Below, one piece after another: positions 12,501 to 27,500 of a stretch of 64,000 bases of DNA. Below the pieces are notes generated by a model. It ran no database searches. It saw only the letters and a program-made list of their open reading frames with translations, and was not told the origin of the DNA. The translations under genes and the position numbers were made by a program. This DNA is from Lama guanicoe (taxonomy: Eukaryota). The stretch spans positions 17,550,029-17,614,028 of the forward strand of contig MU054323.1 in assembly GCA_013239625.1 (NCBI GenBank), in the 5' to 3' direction. Each line of letters begins with the position of its first letter. Within the stretch, counting starts at the first letter, position 1.

Positions 12501-15500
12501 TAGGAATTTTCCAAAGTTAAAGAAAACTGATGTAGAATCTGATAATTAAACTATTATCAGGACATAATAGTTAATGGACATAATTTAAAAAAGATTACTT
12601 ACCTCATTAGATCTAAAACTTCTACCTTGCATTCCATGTTTCCAGAAAGCTAGCACACTGTCTTGCAGGCAAACTAGCAGGCAAGAACAGCTCAGTTACT
12701 GTTAATAGTACAAAAGTTCAACTGATAAGCATCATTTCATCCCTCTTTCTATCTCGCATAGCAGTATCTCAATTAGTAACAAATGTTAGTCTTTCCATAT
12801 TTATAATGGCATCTTTACTACACCGCTCAGAACTACACAGCATATACTATGTAGCGTAAGTACTATACACAGCTGATTTATTTTTCTGACAAGAAAAAGA
12901 AAACTCACTGAAAATATCTTTTTTTGCTGTATGCTTTGATAAAATAACAATATTTTAAAATAAAATATTTCAAACATACAGAAAAATATGAGAATAGCAT
13001 AAAAACACATGTATCCACCATTCAACTCTCCTAACCTTTTGCCATATTTGCTTTTGTTTTAAATAAAAATGAATACAGCTAGCGTGCTTATATATTCCTT
13101 CTCTGGTTCCATTCCAGCCTTCCCCTCCTCCCTGAGACAGCAATGTTATCTCATGCATGTTTTTACTATTATAACACAGTAAGTTCACATTATCAGTGTA
13201 AACTTTATACTGAATGTTTCCAACTTTCCTACATTTGGTATGATGAACCAAACGAAGTTTCTATTTTTTTGTTATTACAAACAATGCTGCAATAAACATT
13301 ATTGTACCTTTTCTTGGAATACATGTGCGAAATTTTCTTGGGGCAGATATCTAGAAACAGAATTACTGGGAAAGAGGCAAAAATGTGCCTTCTAAAAATT
13401 TTAGCTTCGCTTTCTGTATTTACATATTTAATACATATTTTTGTGTGTATTCAGTGTGGAAGAAATCTAATTTTGTTCCCCTGCAGATAAACAACTGTAC
13501 TAGAATCATTTGCTGAATAGTGTATCATTTCCCACTGACATATGATACAACTTTCCATTCACACGTACTTCTGAGCTTTCTCTTCTGTTCCACTCTTCTT
13601 TACGTTCATCTCTCTGTTGATCCCTCACTGTCTTAAATCACTAAGGCTTTATAGATAAGTTTCAATATCAAGTGGGTAAGTATTCATCAAAATTTATTTC
13701 ACTATTCCTGGCCTTTGGCTTTTCCATGTGAATTTTAAGATCAGCTTATCAAGTGGCACATAATACTTTATTGGGATTTTTATTGTAAATACACTGAATT
13801 TGTGGATTAATTTGTGAAGAACTGACATCTTTGTCATATTTAGTCTTCCTATCCATGGACATGGTGTAGTTCATTTGTTCAAATCTTCTTTATGCTGTTA
13901 AACAATAATTTGTGATTTTCTAGATATATTTGATTACATTTATTCCTATCTTACTGGCATATCAGAAAGCCATCATCTCTGTTACTCGTATCTAGCAATT
14001 CTAAATTCTCTTATTGGTTCTAATAGTTTAGAGTTGTATATTCTAGTAGATAACCATTCCATCAGCAAAAAAGGATTTTTATTTTTACTTATTTCTTACT
14101 AATCCTCATAGTTCCCTTTTCCTGTCTAATAAGACAATGTTGAAATGTGATGAGAGCAAGCATCCTTATCTCATTCTCCAACTTAATGGGAATTACTTTA
14201 ACCCTTAAACATGATATTTTTAATAGGCTTTGCTTGATGAAGGGTTATTTCCTTCTGTTCCTAATTTTTAAGAAGTTTTTTTAAAGTCATAAATGACAGA
14301 TTTTATTGAATGCTTTTGGTGTAACTGCTGAAGAATTACATGACTTTTTGCTTTTAATCTTTAATGTGCTATATTACATAAATAAACTTTTTAATACTGA
14401 ACCATCTTTGCTCTTCTGAGATTAAAGCCTACTGTTTGATAATATGGAATTCTATTTGCTGGTATTTTATTTAGATTTCCCAAAATCTATTTTCATGAGA
14501 TCAGATAATTTTGTTTTCTGTATAATTTTATTGATTTTAGCATCAGTGTTAAAAACCGATTTATTCCGCATTTCTTCTTTGTCTACAATCTGAAGCAGTT
14601 TGTATAGGATAGGGATTATCTCTTCTTCTAAAGGTGGGTAAAAATCACCTACAAAACCATCAGGCCTTATGTGGGGGGAGTCTTTATTAGGAGGTGCCTC
14701 CTGGCTCTGGCTCCCCACCTCCTGTGGGACGCTGTTAGTCTTCTTTATCACCCAGGAGTGCGGCAGGTCTGTTGGCCTGAGGCCTGCATATTACTTTGAG
14801 TTTCTGTTCTATGTCTTGGTTTTTGATCTGGCTATGTGTTTTTTTTTTCTCCCTTTTGGGGGTGGGGGTGGGGGAAGGAAGGTAAGTAGGTTTGTTTGTT
14901 TGTTTGTTTATTTTTAAAATGGAGGTATTTGGGATTGAACCCAGGACCTTGTGCACGCTAAGCATGTGCTCTGCCACTGAGCTATATCCCTCTCCTCTCC
15001 CTGCTCTGTGTTTTTAAATAGATTCCATTGTAGCCTCTCAAGCAGATGTCCCTCAAAACTGACTTGTTATTATCGTCAGCATTTGCTTGTTGGGAGAGAG
15101 GCATTCTAACTGGGGGAAAGAGTAAAAAAGAGGACTTGGAATAAGAAAAATAAAATATCTGCCCGTGGCCCTCCCTTCTGCTGATGCATACACATGCAAG
15201 TGTCTTTACTGACAGAGGACATCAGAGAAACTGTGTATAGCTAGATTAATTGTCACTCATGTTCCCCAGCATTCTCTCTATTATGGTCATTTAATCTCAT
15301 TTTTCCTGAATGCAATCATCTTAGAATACTGATTCTAAAAGAAATCCTTTTTCAGAAAAAACTCCTATCAAGCAAAATGTAAAAATGGCAAGAGGACATT
15401 CCATGTACTTATACTCTGTCAGTAGATACAACAGCAAAAATACAATGGACTATACTAAGGACTAAATTTTAAAGTACTTATTAGGGAAACTCTACAGGAG

Positions 15501-18500
15501 CCTAGAGAAAATGGAAATTCATAACTAGGTTATGAAAAATGATATTTAATTATTCTGAAAATGCTAATTCTGTAGAGAAGATAATATTATTTACAGATTA
15601 TATTAAACTATTTTAGAAAATATGTAAAAGCAAAGATTGATATTCATCTCATATTCATTATTCTGTATTTAAAAAAATGAGTCCTTAGTAATATATTTTT
15701 ATAATTTCAAATAATTATCAGATAAATTATTTTGAGCAGCTTATAATGCAATCAAACAAGTAAGAAAACTTTGGCTTACCTATTGATTCAATCTGGAAAT
15801 CAAAGGTGAGTTCTGATGATAGTTTTCTGCTAGATTTTAATCTTCCTTGGAGATTCACTATTTTTATACAACCTAGAGAGAAAAAAAGTCACTCAGAAAC
15901 TAAGACAAAAGAAATATTATTAAAATAAGATGTTCATAAACAAAAACTTACAGTCCAAGCATACAAGAATGGTATCTCTCTCCAGCTGGGTTACATGAGT
16001 AACACTTGTCTGTGGGGTATCTGCAACACAAACAACTTTGATAAAACTTACAGAAAGTAGTAATATTTAAAGCATAGAAACATTAAATAAAAAAAAAATC
16101 CTGAACGTCACTGAATTTGAAATGGATACACATTTTTAGCTAAATATATGTAGTGGTTGAGGCAGGCGGCTGTGTACAAACACTGACAGAAGTGCCAAAC
16201 CACGTGAGTGCTTCACAGAGGGTTAGCTACTTCACTACTACTGGTGATGTCATTATTTTATTCTTATGTGAAATCAGATGTCTAATCTTCTATATTATGC
16301 TATGACTAGTTTCTGATTTGAAGCTCAGAGGGCCAGGGATGTGCTCTGTACATCATTATACGTAGTGTCTAGCACATGCAATAAATATTTATTGAATTAA
16401 TTAGAGTCAAACAAATTACTTCAATAACAAATGAGTTATAAAAATACTGAAGTACTTTGAGAAGTATGAAGTACTATAAAAACACAAAGAGGCATTATTT
16501 TTATAATGGTTCATCAAAGTTCTTACAAACGGAAAATGTTTAAATGACTTAGTTTTCCAGGAAGTGAAAGGCAGGATATACCAGGCTTTATATGAACATC
16601 AGAATTGAAACTACTGAGCTATAGGCCTTGGTTTCTGGAGAATGGGTCTGATCCAAAGTCTAGCCTGCTTGTTTTCTCCTTCCTATATGTTTAGAATCTT
16701 AATAAACCCAAGGAATGTGGTATTTCAGACCCTCACACTATTTTAGACCTGGTACTTCCACAGCCAGGTTTGGAAGGATATGGAACAGGCCTCCAGTAAA
16801 TTAGGTCAGCCAGAACTTTGTAATTCCTATACACTTGGTGAAAATTAAGAATCAGTTCAAGAAGCCAGTCTAGCATTATTAGAAAGACAGGAAAATAAGA
16901 TTCACAAATTGCTTATAACATTAGTTCCTGAACATTGGAATCATCTGGATGCCCAGCTGCCACCAGATGTTCTTATTTAATCAAGGGTGTGTGTGACTTG
17001 AAGTATCAAGAGGTTTAGAAGCTTCTCAGGTGGGTTCTAGTGTGCAGCAGAGCTTAGGAAGCCACTAGCTTATGATTTCAGCTGATACAAAACCCTAAAC
17101 ATACTTTCTCTTCTTCTATTCTATCATCTAAAAACCAGACTGAATTATATTCGCTATGCTTAACACCTAAGAAAGGGCTTTCATTATGGTAAGAGAAGTA
17201 ATCAAAAGTTCCTGGGAAGGAAGGTACAAAATTCTTTTGTCAGGAAATGAAGCCCTTCATTCAACAATTGGTGGGAAGGGATTTAAAACTAAAGTGCTTT
17301 GGAGAAATAAGACAATTGAAATTCGCTAAATAAAATATTAATCAGCCAACAATCCCTTCCTGTTAAACAGGGAGGAAGAGATTAGAAAGCAGGAGTTTGT
17401 CCTGTGTCTGAAAGGGAAGATGGGTGTCTACAGGGAAAATTTAACAGCGAGTTTGGGGAAGCCAAAGAGAAGCCACATAATTCTGCCAAGAGCCGGTACC
17501 GGCCATGTTTTCCCTCAGTAATGTGTCCTGGAAGGAAAGCTGGTTTGAGTTTCCTGGGTTCTGGGTTTTAGCAAGCCATATAATTGTTTTTAGACTTTTG
17601 TGAATGTGTTTGTGATCATTTTTTTTTTTGTCAACGTCAAAAAACCTCAGTCTCTTAATTTTTTCCCTTTTGTGAACACTATTCCAGGCTTCCAACCAAC
17701 TCCTGACTAATTGATACAAAGGGGCTTTTGCCAGACCTTTAAAAATTATCTTCTAAAATGGCCACTGTCTATTTTATAGCAAAACATTGTACAGTGTTAT
17801 TTTCAAAGAGAAAAAAGCAAAAGGAGCTTCATAACAAACACAGTGCTTTAAAAATAAAGATTAAAAAGGCCTTTAAGGTCATTTTTTTTAAGTATGAAAG
17901 TTTAATCAGATTTATTTAACACGAAACTCAAGTTTTGCCAATGTGCGTGGACTGCAACAATACTACTGAAGGTTTCAAACAACAATCAAATTTCTGTGAA
18001 AAGCTCATTAACTGGAGATAATATTTCCTAAGACACAACTTACAAAGGAAGGATCTATTATGCAACTGGGCAACATAGATCAGAATTTAAGGGAATAAAT
18101 TATACAAAAGAATTATTTTCAAGCACCCTCAAATACTTTGGAAGTATTTTACTATTTACTTATAATTTTTATCCTAATTATAAATCATTAAAAGTATGTA
18201 TTAAAGTTACTGGTAATACCTGTGTATCGATTACAAAAATATACTGGAAAATACACCATACTTAGTTGGTGCAGCTTTTCCTTTTATATAAATCAGTTTT
18301 TCTCTTAGCCTGAGGTTTGTGTGTATATGTGTGGTTCTCCAAGTGTGGTTCTTGTATTAACGTCATCAGCATCACCCAGGAACCTACAGAATGAAAAGTC
18401 TCAGGCCCCACTCCAGACCTGCTGAATGAAACTCGGGGGGCAGGGCCTCGCCAGGAGATTCTGACGCACACTTGAGTTTGGGAACCACTAGTAGGTTTTA

Positions 18501-21500
18501 AACGTGTCACACAAATTAGCTATTTCAAAGCATGTCATCTCTTTTTCCAGTTTGGTAAGTTATTCAAGACTGGATATTTATGCATGGCTTTTGCCTAATG
18601 AAAGATACAGTAAATTTAATACTTATCGAACAAGTCTATACACTGGCCTTAACAATTAATAAAAATCACAAACCTGATTCTGTAAACCATGAAGAGGTAG
18701 AATTTGGGTTGACTGTTTCAAATCGAACCACCTGGTTGAAGTCTCTCCCTCTACTGACGCCAACACAAACTAAAGGGTACTCCTGTTCAGGAACTACCAG
18801 CATTTCAAACATTCTAAGTGGACACGGTATAGGAAAATCTATGTGCTAGAAAAAAACCAAGATACATTAAACAAAGGAAAACAGAAGTCAAATAATTTCA
18901 TAAGAACACTATCGACAATTTTAGTTCTATGAAAATATATGAAATAGTACTCTCCACTATGAATACAGCTTCTTCTCACAGAAACTCAGGATTTGCAGAA
19001 AAATCCAAATTATGAAGTATCTTTATAAAGACTGTAAGGTAAGGACTGTAAAATTTTTTTTAGTAAAAAAAAAACAACACATGCTTTTAGGATATTAGGG
19101 CTAGAAAGAAACTACAAACCATCTGTCCAACCCTCTATTTTTCAGAGGTGGAAACTGAGACCCAGCAACTGGGTGGCTGTTCCAGGTCCCCTCTACCCTT
19201 TGTGGCAGAGTCGCCTGTCTCCCAATTTGATGCTATCTCAGTAATACTCCTCTGCCTTCTTATCCAACTAAGCCAACGTGGATGAGAAAACTGAAATGCT
19301 AATTAGCAAGAGACACTCCTCTTACAAGTGTGGACAGAAAAACCCCCCAAATAAGAAATTTAGCCCTGTATTTCAAGTGATTCAACTTAGTAAATTAAGT
19401 TAGTTATAATGCAACCGATTTTAATTTTATGTAAGTTTAAAATTATTTTTTATTTTGCTACAAAGAGACTAAATAAATTCTTATTTTGAAAGTTTGGAAA
19501 AATAGATGGAAAATGCTAGCTTCATTAATAATCAGGGATTAAAACCACAAGCTACTATACACATCCACCAGCAGAACAACAATAACAAGGGTTATTAATT
19601 AAGGGTTATTAATAACAGAGAGGAGCAAACACTCATACACAGAAGGTGGGAGTACAAATTGGTACGACTATATCGGTTAATTACATTACCATTAATGCTA
19701 AGATATGCCTCCCTTATAACCCTGCAGTAACACTCCTAGTTATCTGTTCTAGAGAACACCACTACATACATGCACAGGAAAACATGCAAAAATATTCACA
19801 AGCTGCAGTGCTCAGAATAACCAAAAACTGGATGGAACCCAAATGCCTATCAATAGTAGAATGGATAAAATGATGACACGGTCACACGATGGGAAATTAG
19901 AGCTCAATGAAAATGAACAAATTGTAGTACATCCAACAGTAATGCTGCACAAAAGAAGTCAGACCCAAATGAATATATACTTTATGATTCCACTTACATA
20001 TTGTTGAAAAATCAGGTAAACTTAATGCTGATGTTTAGGGGTGCATGATTATGATAAAAATGGAAAATGATTTGCAGGGAGTGCCATGGGGAGGTCTGAG
20101 GTGCTTAGCAATGTTCTTCACAATAACAAGGTTGTTTATAAAAAATATACTGGTCTTACACATATTAAGTCTACTCTTAATATGTTTTATATTTTTGTTG
20201 CTTTTAAAAATAGGCTGCATTTTCATTATATTTCCCAAATGGCTATTGTAATACTTTTAAAAGCTACTGAATTTGACCTATTCTTTAATCTGGCAACTCA
20301 CTGTAAATTCTAGAGAAACTAAATGGGTGAAATGGGGCTGTAGTAACTACTAGTGTTAGGAGATACAGCATGGTCCTCATGGCTGGAACGTGAAGCTCTG
20401 TGTCCCCCTGCTGTCCCCACATCCTTCCTTCCCTGCAACTGCCGGGGGGCCGCCCCTACTCCACACACCCTCTCTAGGAGCAGTCCCACCTGGGCGATAT
20501 GCTGTGGGTAAAATCTGCCCTGTTTTTAATAGGGTAAAACATTTTAAATAATTCTCTCTGAAATGTGAAAAGAGCAAGTAAGACAGAAAGAAAATAATGC
20601 TTCTGTTTAATTTTTTTTTCCTGAGCAAATAAGAAAACCAACAGAGTGAGGATACTTCTACTTAGCCTCCAACAGTAACTAAGCAATATGTATGAAATGT
20701 ATGAATCATACACAGAAGAGGATTCCCATATAATAGTTTTAATTCCAGTTGCTACTGGTGATGGTCCTTGAGGGCAGTGACTAGATCTTACTCATCTTTC
20801 TCTCTAGTTAAATAGCACTGCCTGGTTTGTAACAAGTGTTTGCTTCAATTTATAACTTTTATTTATGATGAAAATATAGTCTAGTGAAGCAAAAAAATTT
20901 CTCAGAAATGTCATGAAGAATACAGATAGCACAAGCATGTTTTTGAATACATCTGATAATAGTTGTAGTATAGAAACATCGTAAGGGGGAGGGTATAGCT
21001 CAGTGGTAGAGTGTGTGCCTAGCATGCACAAGGTCCTCGGTTCAATCCCCAGTACCTCCAATCAGGTAAGTCAAACAATCAATCTAACTAGTCTCATCCC
21101 CAAAAAGGAAAACCAAGCATTTGATTAAAAAAAAATATATATCATATCAATTGAGATAATGTCAAATATAGCTACAAAATATCCATATAGAAGTCTTGAG
21201 CAGAGAGACAGAGAAAGGAGAGCTGGGTTAAGATGAAGGTAAGCTCAATAAGGGCCTAAAGCTCAGGGAGTTTAAGGAAAGTAGGAAAAGTGAGAGGTCT
21301 TGAAGTGGACCTGCAAGCAGAATTCTACTGTGGGCCTAATATCCTAGAGTATCAGCAGCAGACCTCATTCGTCAGGGCCAAGTTCCCTGGTATCATCTAC
21401 CTGGCAAAGAGAACATATGGATGGGTATTAAACTTCTCACGTCTTCAAAGTATATATTCCTTCCTGCATGCTCTTTAATGGAGAAAGGGTTAAGTGGTTT

Positions 21501-24500
21501 AATACATCACGTAATGCACAAAATTCATTCATAAAGTTTAATCAGACTGTCTGTATCCATGAGCAACTGATGTAATGAAACTGTCATTCTGACAGGGGTT
21601 AGGAATGAAGGGAACAAGAAGGACACATCGCTAACAGACTAGGAAGGAAGACAGGAAAGCAAAGGGCTGCAGAGGAACAACTACATACCCTTTACCCACC
21701 TCTAGGATGCACTTTTGCCAAACAGTCAAGAACAAAAAGGAACTGAGAACAAAACAACATGGCTGGAAATGGGCTGGTTCAGCAGCTCTGCTCTGGACAA
21801 TTTATAAGGCTATTTTCCCCTTGAACTTTTGATTTAAAGAATTTTTTTTTCAGTGAATTTACTTGTGGAAACACTACTGCAATGGGTTTTAAATTTTTTA
21901 AACTCTTTTTTCATTTCTTTAGCCCTAGTTAATTTTAAGGTTAATAAATACTGATGTGAAAATTAAAACTAGATTGCCTAGTTACTCATAAAATTAAATA
22001 ACAGGAAGCCAATACTTTTAAACACCCTGATTCTGTATTACACAATTTAGGAAGAATTCACTCCAATTTTATTTTGATCCCAAATTCTATGGAGATATCA
22101 AATGCTCATGAAATAAGACTACTTGATCTACATAAAATAGCAAATAAAATAGCTTAAAAATTCATCTGGTATTTCCTTGGGGTGACTGAGCCAGCACTTC
22201 ACAGATTTTAAGTTAGTTTTTCCACAAAATTTAAGTTATAGCTGAGTAATATTAAACATTTTAAAGAATATCCATTAAGAGTCTAGAGAAACTAAGGCAC
22301 ACTTAGAACCATCCATGGGAAGGCCTGGCAAGTTAACAGGTAGGCAGACAACCAGAACAAAGACTTTCCCTCAGCATGGTTACCCCTTGTCCTCTCAGCC
22401 AGACGCCAACGCGCAGGTTGTCTCTGCTGCGATGGAGCAGGTCAACAGAGAATATATTCAAATAATACTTCTCTGCTCTTTCAGCACCTCCTGTTCTTGA
22501 CATCAGACTGTATGTATGTGTGAGTCACTATCTCCAGCTCCTCCTACTGTCGTAACTCTGAACTTTGTCTAGTCTCTTTCAAAACTTTGATCAGGCCAGT
22601 TGAGTTCCTTACAATTGGGCAGATTTTCACCACTCTGCCACATAGCCGAAGTCATTACATTAACTTAAGAATTAACTGGGAAAAAAAAAGTTTTCTTGAA
22701 AGAACAGGAAAATTGACAAGCTTTTACACTGAAAATGACTTAGGCTGATATTCATGCTTACCTTAATTAACATAAATTTCTGCATTGGTTCAACCCATTC
22801 TAAAAGAACAATGCTAGTCTGAAGTGCCCCACATAGGTATTTATGGCCCGTGTAAGGATTTCTCACTGTCAAGGCAAAAAAGTACATGTAACTTCTCTTA
22901 TAAATACAAAGTCCCTACAGGAGTAGTTGCATCCTTCAAAAACAAACAAACAAAATCTGGCTGCCAGTTCAATTTCTTAGACTGCAGAGTAAAAAAGAAA
23001 CACTACTTCAGGTAGTGTAGGAAATTCCCTTATCATTTGCAGGAGTTTTATTTGTAAGCACAAGTGAAACTGCTGGTTGTTATGGGGCCTGGGGGCGAGA
23101 AGAAGGACTTTAGGTCTTATGGTAGCAGGGAGATTAGCTGAACCAGCAAGACTCTGAAGGAAGGGTCTGAGTAGATCTGGGGAGAAGTTGCCAAATGGAG
23201 AGCTGCAGCACATTCAAGGGTATGATTCAGGGTGCTTTTGGTAGTAATGTTCAGAGGCAGTAACATTTTGGGCCTAGCTACATGAAGACACTAATCAAAT
23301 CTCAAGGACAGGCTTACAAATAATAAAACTGAATTGTCTCAGAGTTTTTTAAGGGGGGAAAGGAAACTATTTTTTGTTTTTGTTAGATGCAAATAAATCA
23401 GCTAGTTGTTATGGGGGTGGGGATGCTTTAGGCTAGAGGTGTGTGAACAGGAAGACTATAACCTTCACATCACAAATGTAAGGTTTCACATATTAAAAGT
23501 ATGAAAATACACGCTGAGTGAATAATGGTGAATGATAAGTAACAGGCTCCTTGGAGAACAAGGTGTGATAAAGTCCTGTGGTAAAGTCATCCTACTCTCT
23601 CCATTTGCCCAGTCAATGAATTTTTGCAAAACAACTGTGTGTGCAAGGTACTACATTAGGTTTAGTTTACGTGGAGATAGAATGGCCAAGACATTTATTT
23701 TACTTAAAGGGGGAAAATAAACTATTACTGGCAGAATGTCCTGGAGTAGTACTGTTCTACACTAGGTTTAAAAATGCGTCTTACTGGTTTTCTGATACAC
23801 TCTGCAAAGCAGGAGAGCTACATGATTTCGGACAGTTTACTTACCAACACAACACTTCTGACACCACTTGGTTTCAGGGATTTTTGCTGATACAGCAAAT
23901 TTCCTAAATGGAAATGAATATATAATACATGTAGGCAAAGTTAGTACATGATAATGGTACTGTCACAGATCAGTGGAGAAAAGATGAACTGTTCAAAAAC
24001 TGGCACTGACATAATAGGTCATCTGTTAAAAATAAGAATAAATTGGGTAACTTTCTCATCCCCCCTCCAATCAATTCCAAATGGATTAAGGATTTAATAA
24101 GAAAAACAAAACTAAAAATATTCAGATTTTAGAAGAATACAACCTTGGGATTTCTTTTAAAAATGCAAAAACAAATCATTCAGGAAAATACTGATACACA
24201 TAAATTGATATTTTTTCACTGATGAATCCCTAGCACCTCAAACTGTGAGTAGCATTCAATTCGTTGAATGAATTTGTTTAATACGTTATTAACTTTGGTT
24301 TACCAAAGGATACCACTGAGAAAGTAAAAAGATGAGCCACAAACTAGGAAAAGAATAGGCCTCTATTCTGAAAAAATGACATAAAAAAGTTAATGCATTA
24401 AAGTTTATGTGCGTTACACTCTCTAGGGGCTCTTTACTTTTAAAGTTTGGTGGTCAGTTTCTAAGTTCACAGGAATTTTTAGGATTATCAAAGTCAGAAA

Positions 24501-27500
24501 ACTGGAGAAAATGGAGACATGCTATAAGTAGGCAGAAAAACAACAGCACAGAGTGGCAGCTGGGAGAGAAAGAGGGGCACGTAAACAACATGGGCCCTGA
24601 CTAGGAGCCATACCCCTAACTCCAACTACAGAGACTACAGTACAAATATAATAAATCAAGCTCATAATCCACTATCAAGTCATCATGAAAAGATCCAATT
24701 AAACTCAGTGTAATTTATTTTAAGACAAAAAAGCTTGTAGTATATTTTAAAATAATTTTCATCAAAAACTTAATCTTTTTCTGTGCACAAAGGGGCATAT
24801 AAATCTTAGCTATACTGTAAACTCAGCAATTAACAACAGATTTTCAAGCTACTTAAAAGCTAAGGTTCTACATTACTCTCTCTGCAACTAATATTGCAAA
24901 AGAGGAAGAGTTATATTATAAAATTTTTGTAAAATACCATTTATACCAGTCAGGAGAACTTTACTCAACAAAGAGGTCCAATATAATAATAACCAAAAAG
25001 AAGAGAACATAATTAAAAATCCTTGAAAGTAGAAAAGCAAAACACTTCAATTTCTAAGTAATAATTATTTCTAATAAAAATCTTCATTTAATAAGTCATT
25101 TACATTTTCTAAGTTTAGAAAATACTTTCAGAAAAACTTATTTTATTCAAAATGACACAATAAGTCAAAAGCACTTTGTGATATAAAATTACCATAAAAT
25201 TACAGAAAAAAATTAGTTTTAACCTTGCAGAAAAACAATTAAAACTTTAGAAAGAAAATGTCTGATGTAATTGGAATGCATAAAGTAGAAAATTTTAAAA
25301 GAATGTGATAAATGTTTCTGAAAATCTATTACTTGTTACAGTTTTTTCGTTACACGATTTCTACACCCCCAAGCTTAGCACTTTTTCAATTTCTGTAGTA
25401 TAACTATTTTCTACAACAAATTAACATTATCTCCACGGATGAAAATACAACTAAATGTACAGCTACCTTGGCAGTATTCTGTCAGGGAGTTTGTGTGCTG
25501 GAATAGCAACAGGCAACTTTTGCATTTGTCTTGCATAATCAAAAAGCCCTGGTAAATTATGGGAATAAAGCTGAGAGGCTTTACCTGCAGAGAAAAATGA
25601 GTAAGACATAAAAACTGGTAACATAAACAGGAACAACTGTAAGGTATTTAAAAACTGAAAAACTTACCAGATATAGACAGCAAGCAATTGTTCATTACAT
25701 ACAACCACGTACACCTTCGGGGGAATAGCTGGTTAAAAAAAAAAAGCACAGAGTTTACAAAGGGTGCCAGATAACAGTGGTGTAAACACGCACATACTAA
25801 CCATGTGTGCTGTCGTATCAATAGGCCAGTTCTTAAAAAGGAAATTTATTTTTAATGGAAATTCATTTTGTAAGGTACTTAATACAAGATGATATACATA
25901 CATACACATTTATATGGAAGGAAAATAAATTAGCAGTGTAATTTCATTATCTAAGTTTCAACATGATATGATTAGCTCCAGTCTCCTTACGGTAAGGACT
26001 ACATAATTCCAAACTACATGGGGAGAAGGACATTTTCAAACGTCTATTCCTTTATTTTGGGTCTGGGGTTTTAAATAATTAAGACTTTCCTATGTTCTTC
26101 CAAAAAATGTCCTTATCTAGGCATATGGGACATGCATGGCTTTTAGAGCAGAGGAGAGAGAAAAAAGATCATGGTGTAGTGAAACACAGGATATGGAAAC
26201 ACGAGGTATGGAGGAAAAAAAGGCTGAGAGAGAATATGATGAAAACTTACACATCATTTAGGACATACATGTGGAATTCATTACTAAAATCCAGCACATA
26301 AGAATTGAGAGGCGCCTCTCTGGAAGCTTTAAAGTGATCGGTCGTATTTAGGGCAAAGAAAAGAGGGTTTCATGAAACACAGTTAATATACTTTGAAGGA
26401 AGAAACAATTGCTCTCATTAACACTTCATTGGGAGTGGTTCTGTGGTTCTGAAAGTGGTCCTTGCACCCGCAACATCAGCATCACCTGGGCTTTATTAGA
26501 AGTTAGAAACGCAAATTATTGGGCTTCGTCTCAGACTTACTGAAGCAGGAGTTCTGAGGATGGACTCAGCGATCTATGTTTTAGCCAGCCCTCCAGGAGA
26601 GTCTGAGGTTTGGGAACCACTGATGAACATAATTAAGCATTCTGATTTAACAAGCTTGGTTGACGGGTTTGCCCTGACAATCCCTACTAGGTTACTCCAA
26701 AACAGACGGGGACGAGGGTTAGGTGACGGGGACAAGGAAGAGACGAAGGATGAAGCATCGAGGTCTCTAAGGACATTACTTTATTAAACTGCAGAGTCAC
26801 AATGATGGCCCTGAATAATTAAAAGAAGGTAATAATAAAAGGGGGAGAAACAAAGTAAAATCTGTTTTAAATAAAATCTGGTTGTTTCATTTATTTGCAA
26901 CATGTACCTACATAAAACATGTAATTTCTCCAAACAAGTAAATGTGGCATTGCAATGTGGATTTTAATTTTGGAAAAGTTGCCTATTATAACTGTGTCTC
27001 AGACTGAAAGTACATATATAAACATTTCCTGCTTTATACTCTTCATAAAAATTTCACAATAGAATTGAGAATACATTGGTTATATTGAGAAAATAAGCAG
27101 ATAAAAGAAGGGGAAATAACTTATTCCAAGACACATAACAGTACATGTTGTCAAAGTCGCAAGAAGCTGATTTTCATTTAATTCAGGATTGAAATGTGAG
27201 TTTATTTTCAGAAAAATACATACTTAAAAAGTATTGCTAGTACCAAACCTATAGTTTATTATGAAAATAAATATTTGTAAATATAAGTGGGTTTATTAAC
27301 ACAAGCACATATAAAGTACCAGGGTTAAGACAAATTCTTTTGATAAATATCAACATAGGGAACATGGAAAAGTATTTATGCAAAGTTTTATTAAGTGTTG
27401 GATTTCACTTCTGATTTTCATTTTTAACCATGTTCAGTAAAATTCTAAAGCTTTTCTAGATTTTTAATGTCTACTTTCCTTACCAAAAGAGGTGAATTAT

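Noticed and set aside
17380..17760. Repeat-free, moderately GC-rich intronic block as a possible enhancer
   Set aside because: Only short generic motifs; cannot be supported without conservation or chromatin data
20985..21060. tRNA-Ala-like sequence with intact A and B boxes
   Set aside because: Followed by a SINE linker and A-rich tail, with diverged copies elsewhere in the window; it is a SINE head, not a tRNA gene
21061..21071. Perfect CAG|gtaagt donor on the + strand
   Set aside because: Antisense to MAP4K3, inside a SINE, and no supporting exon or promoter
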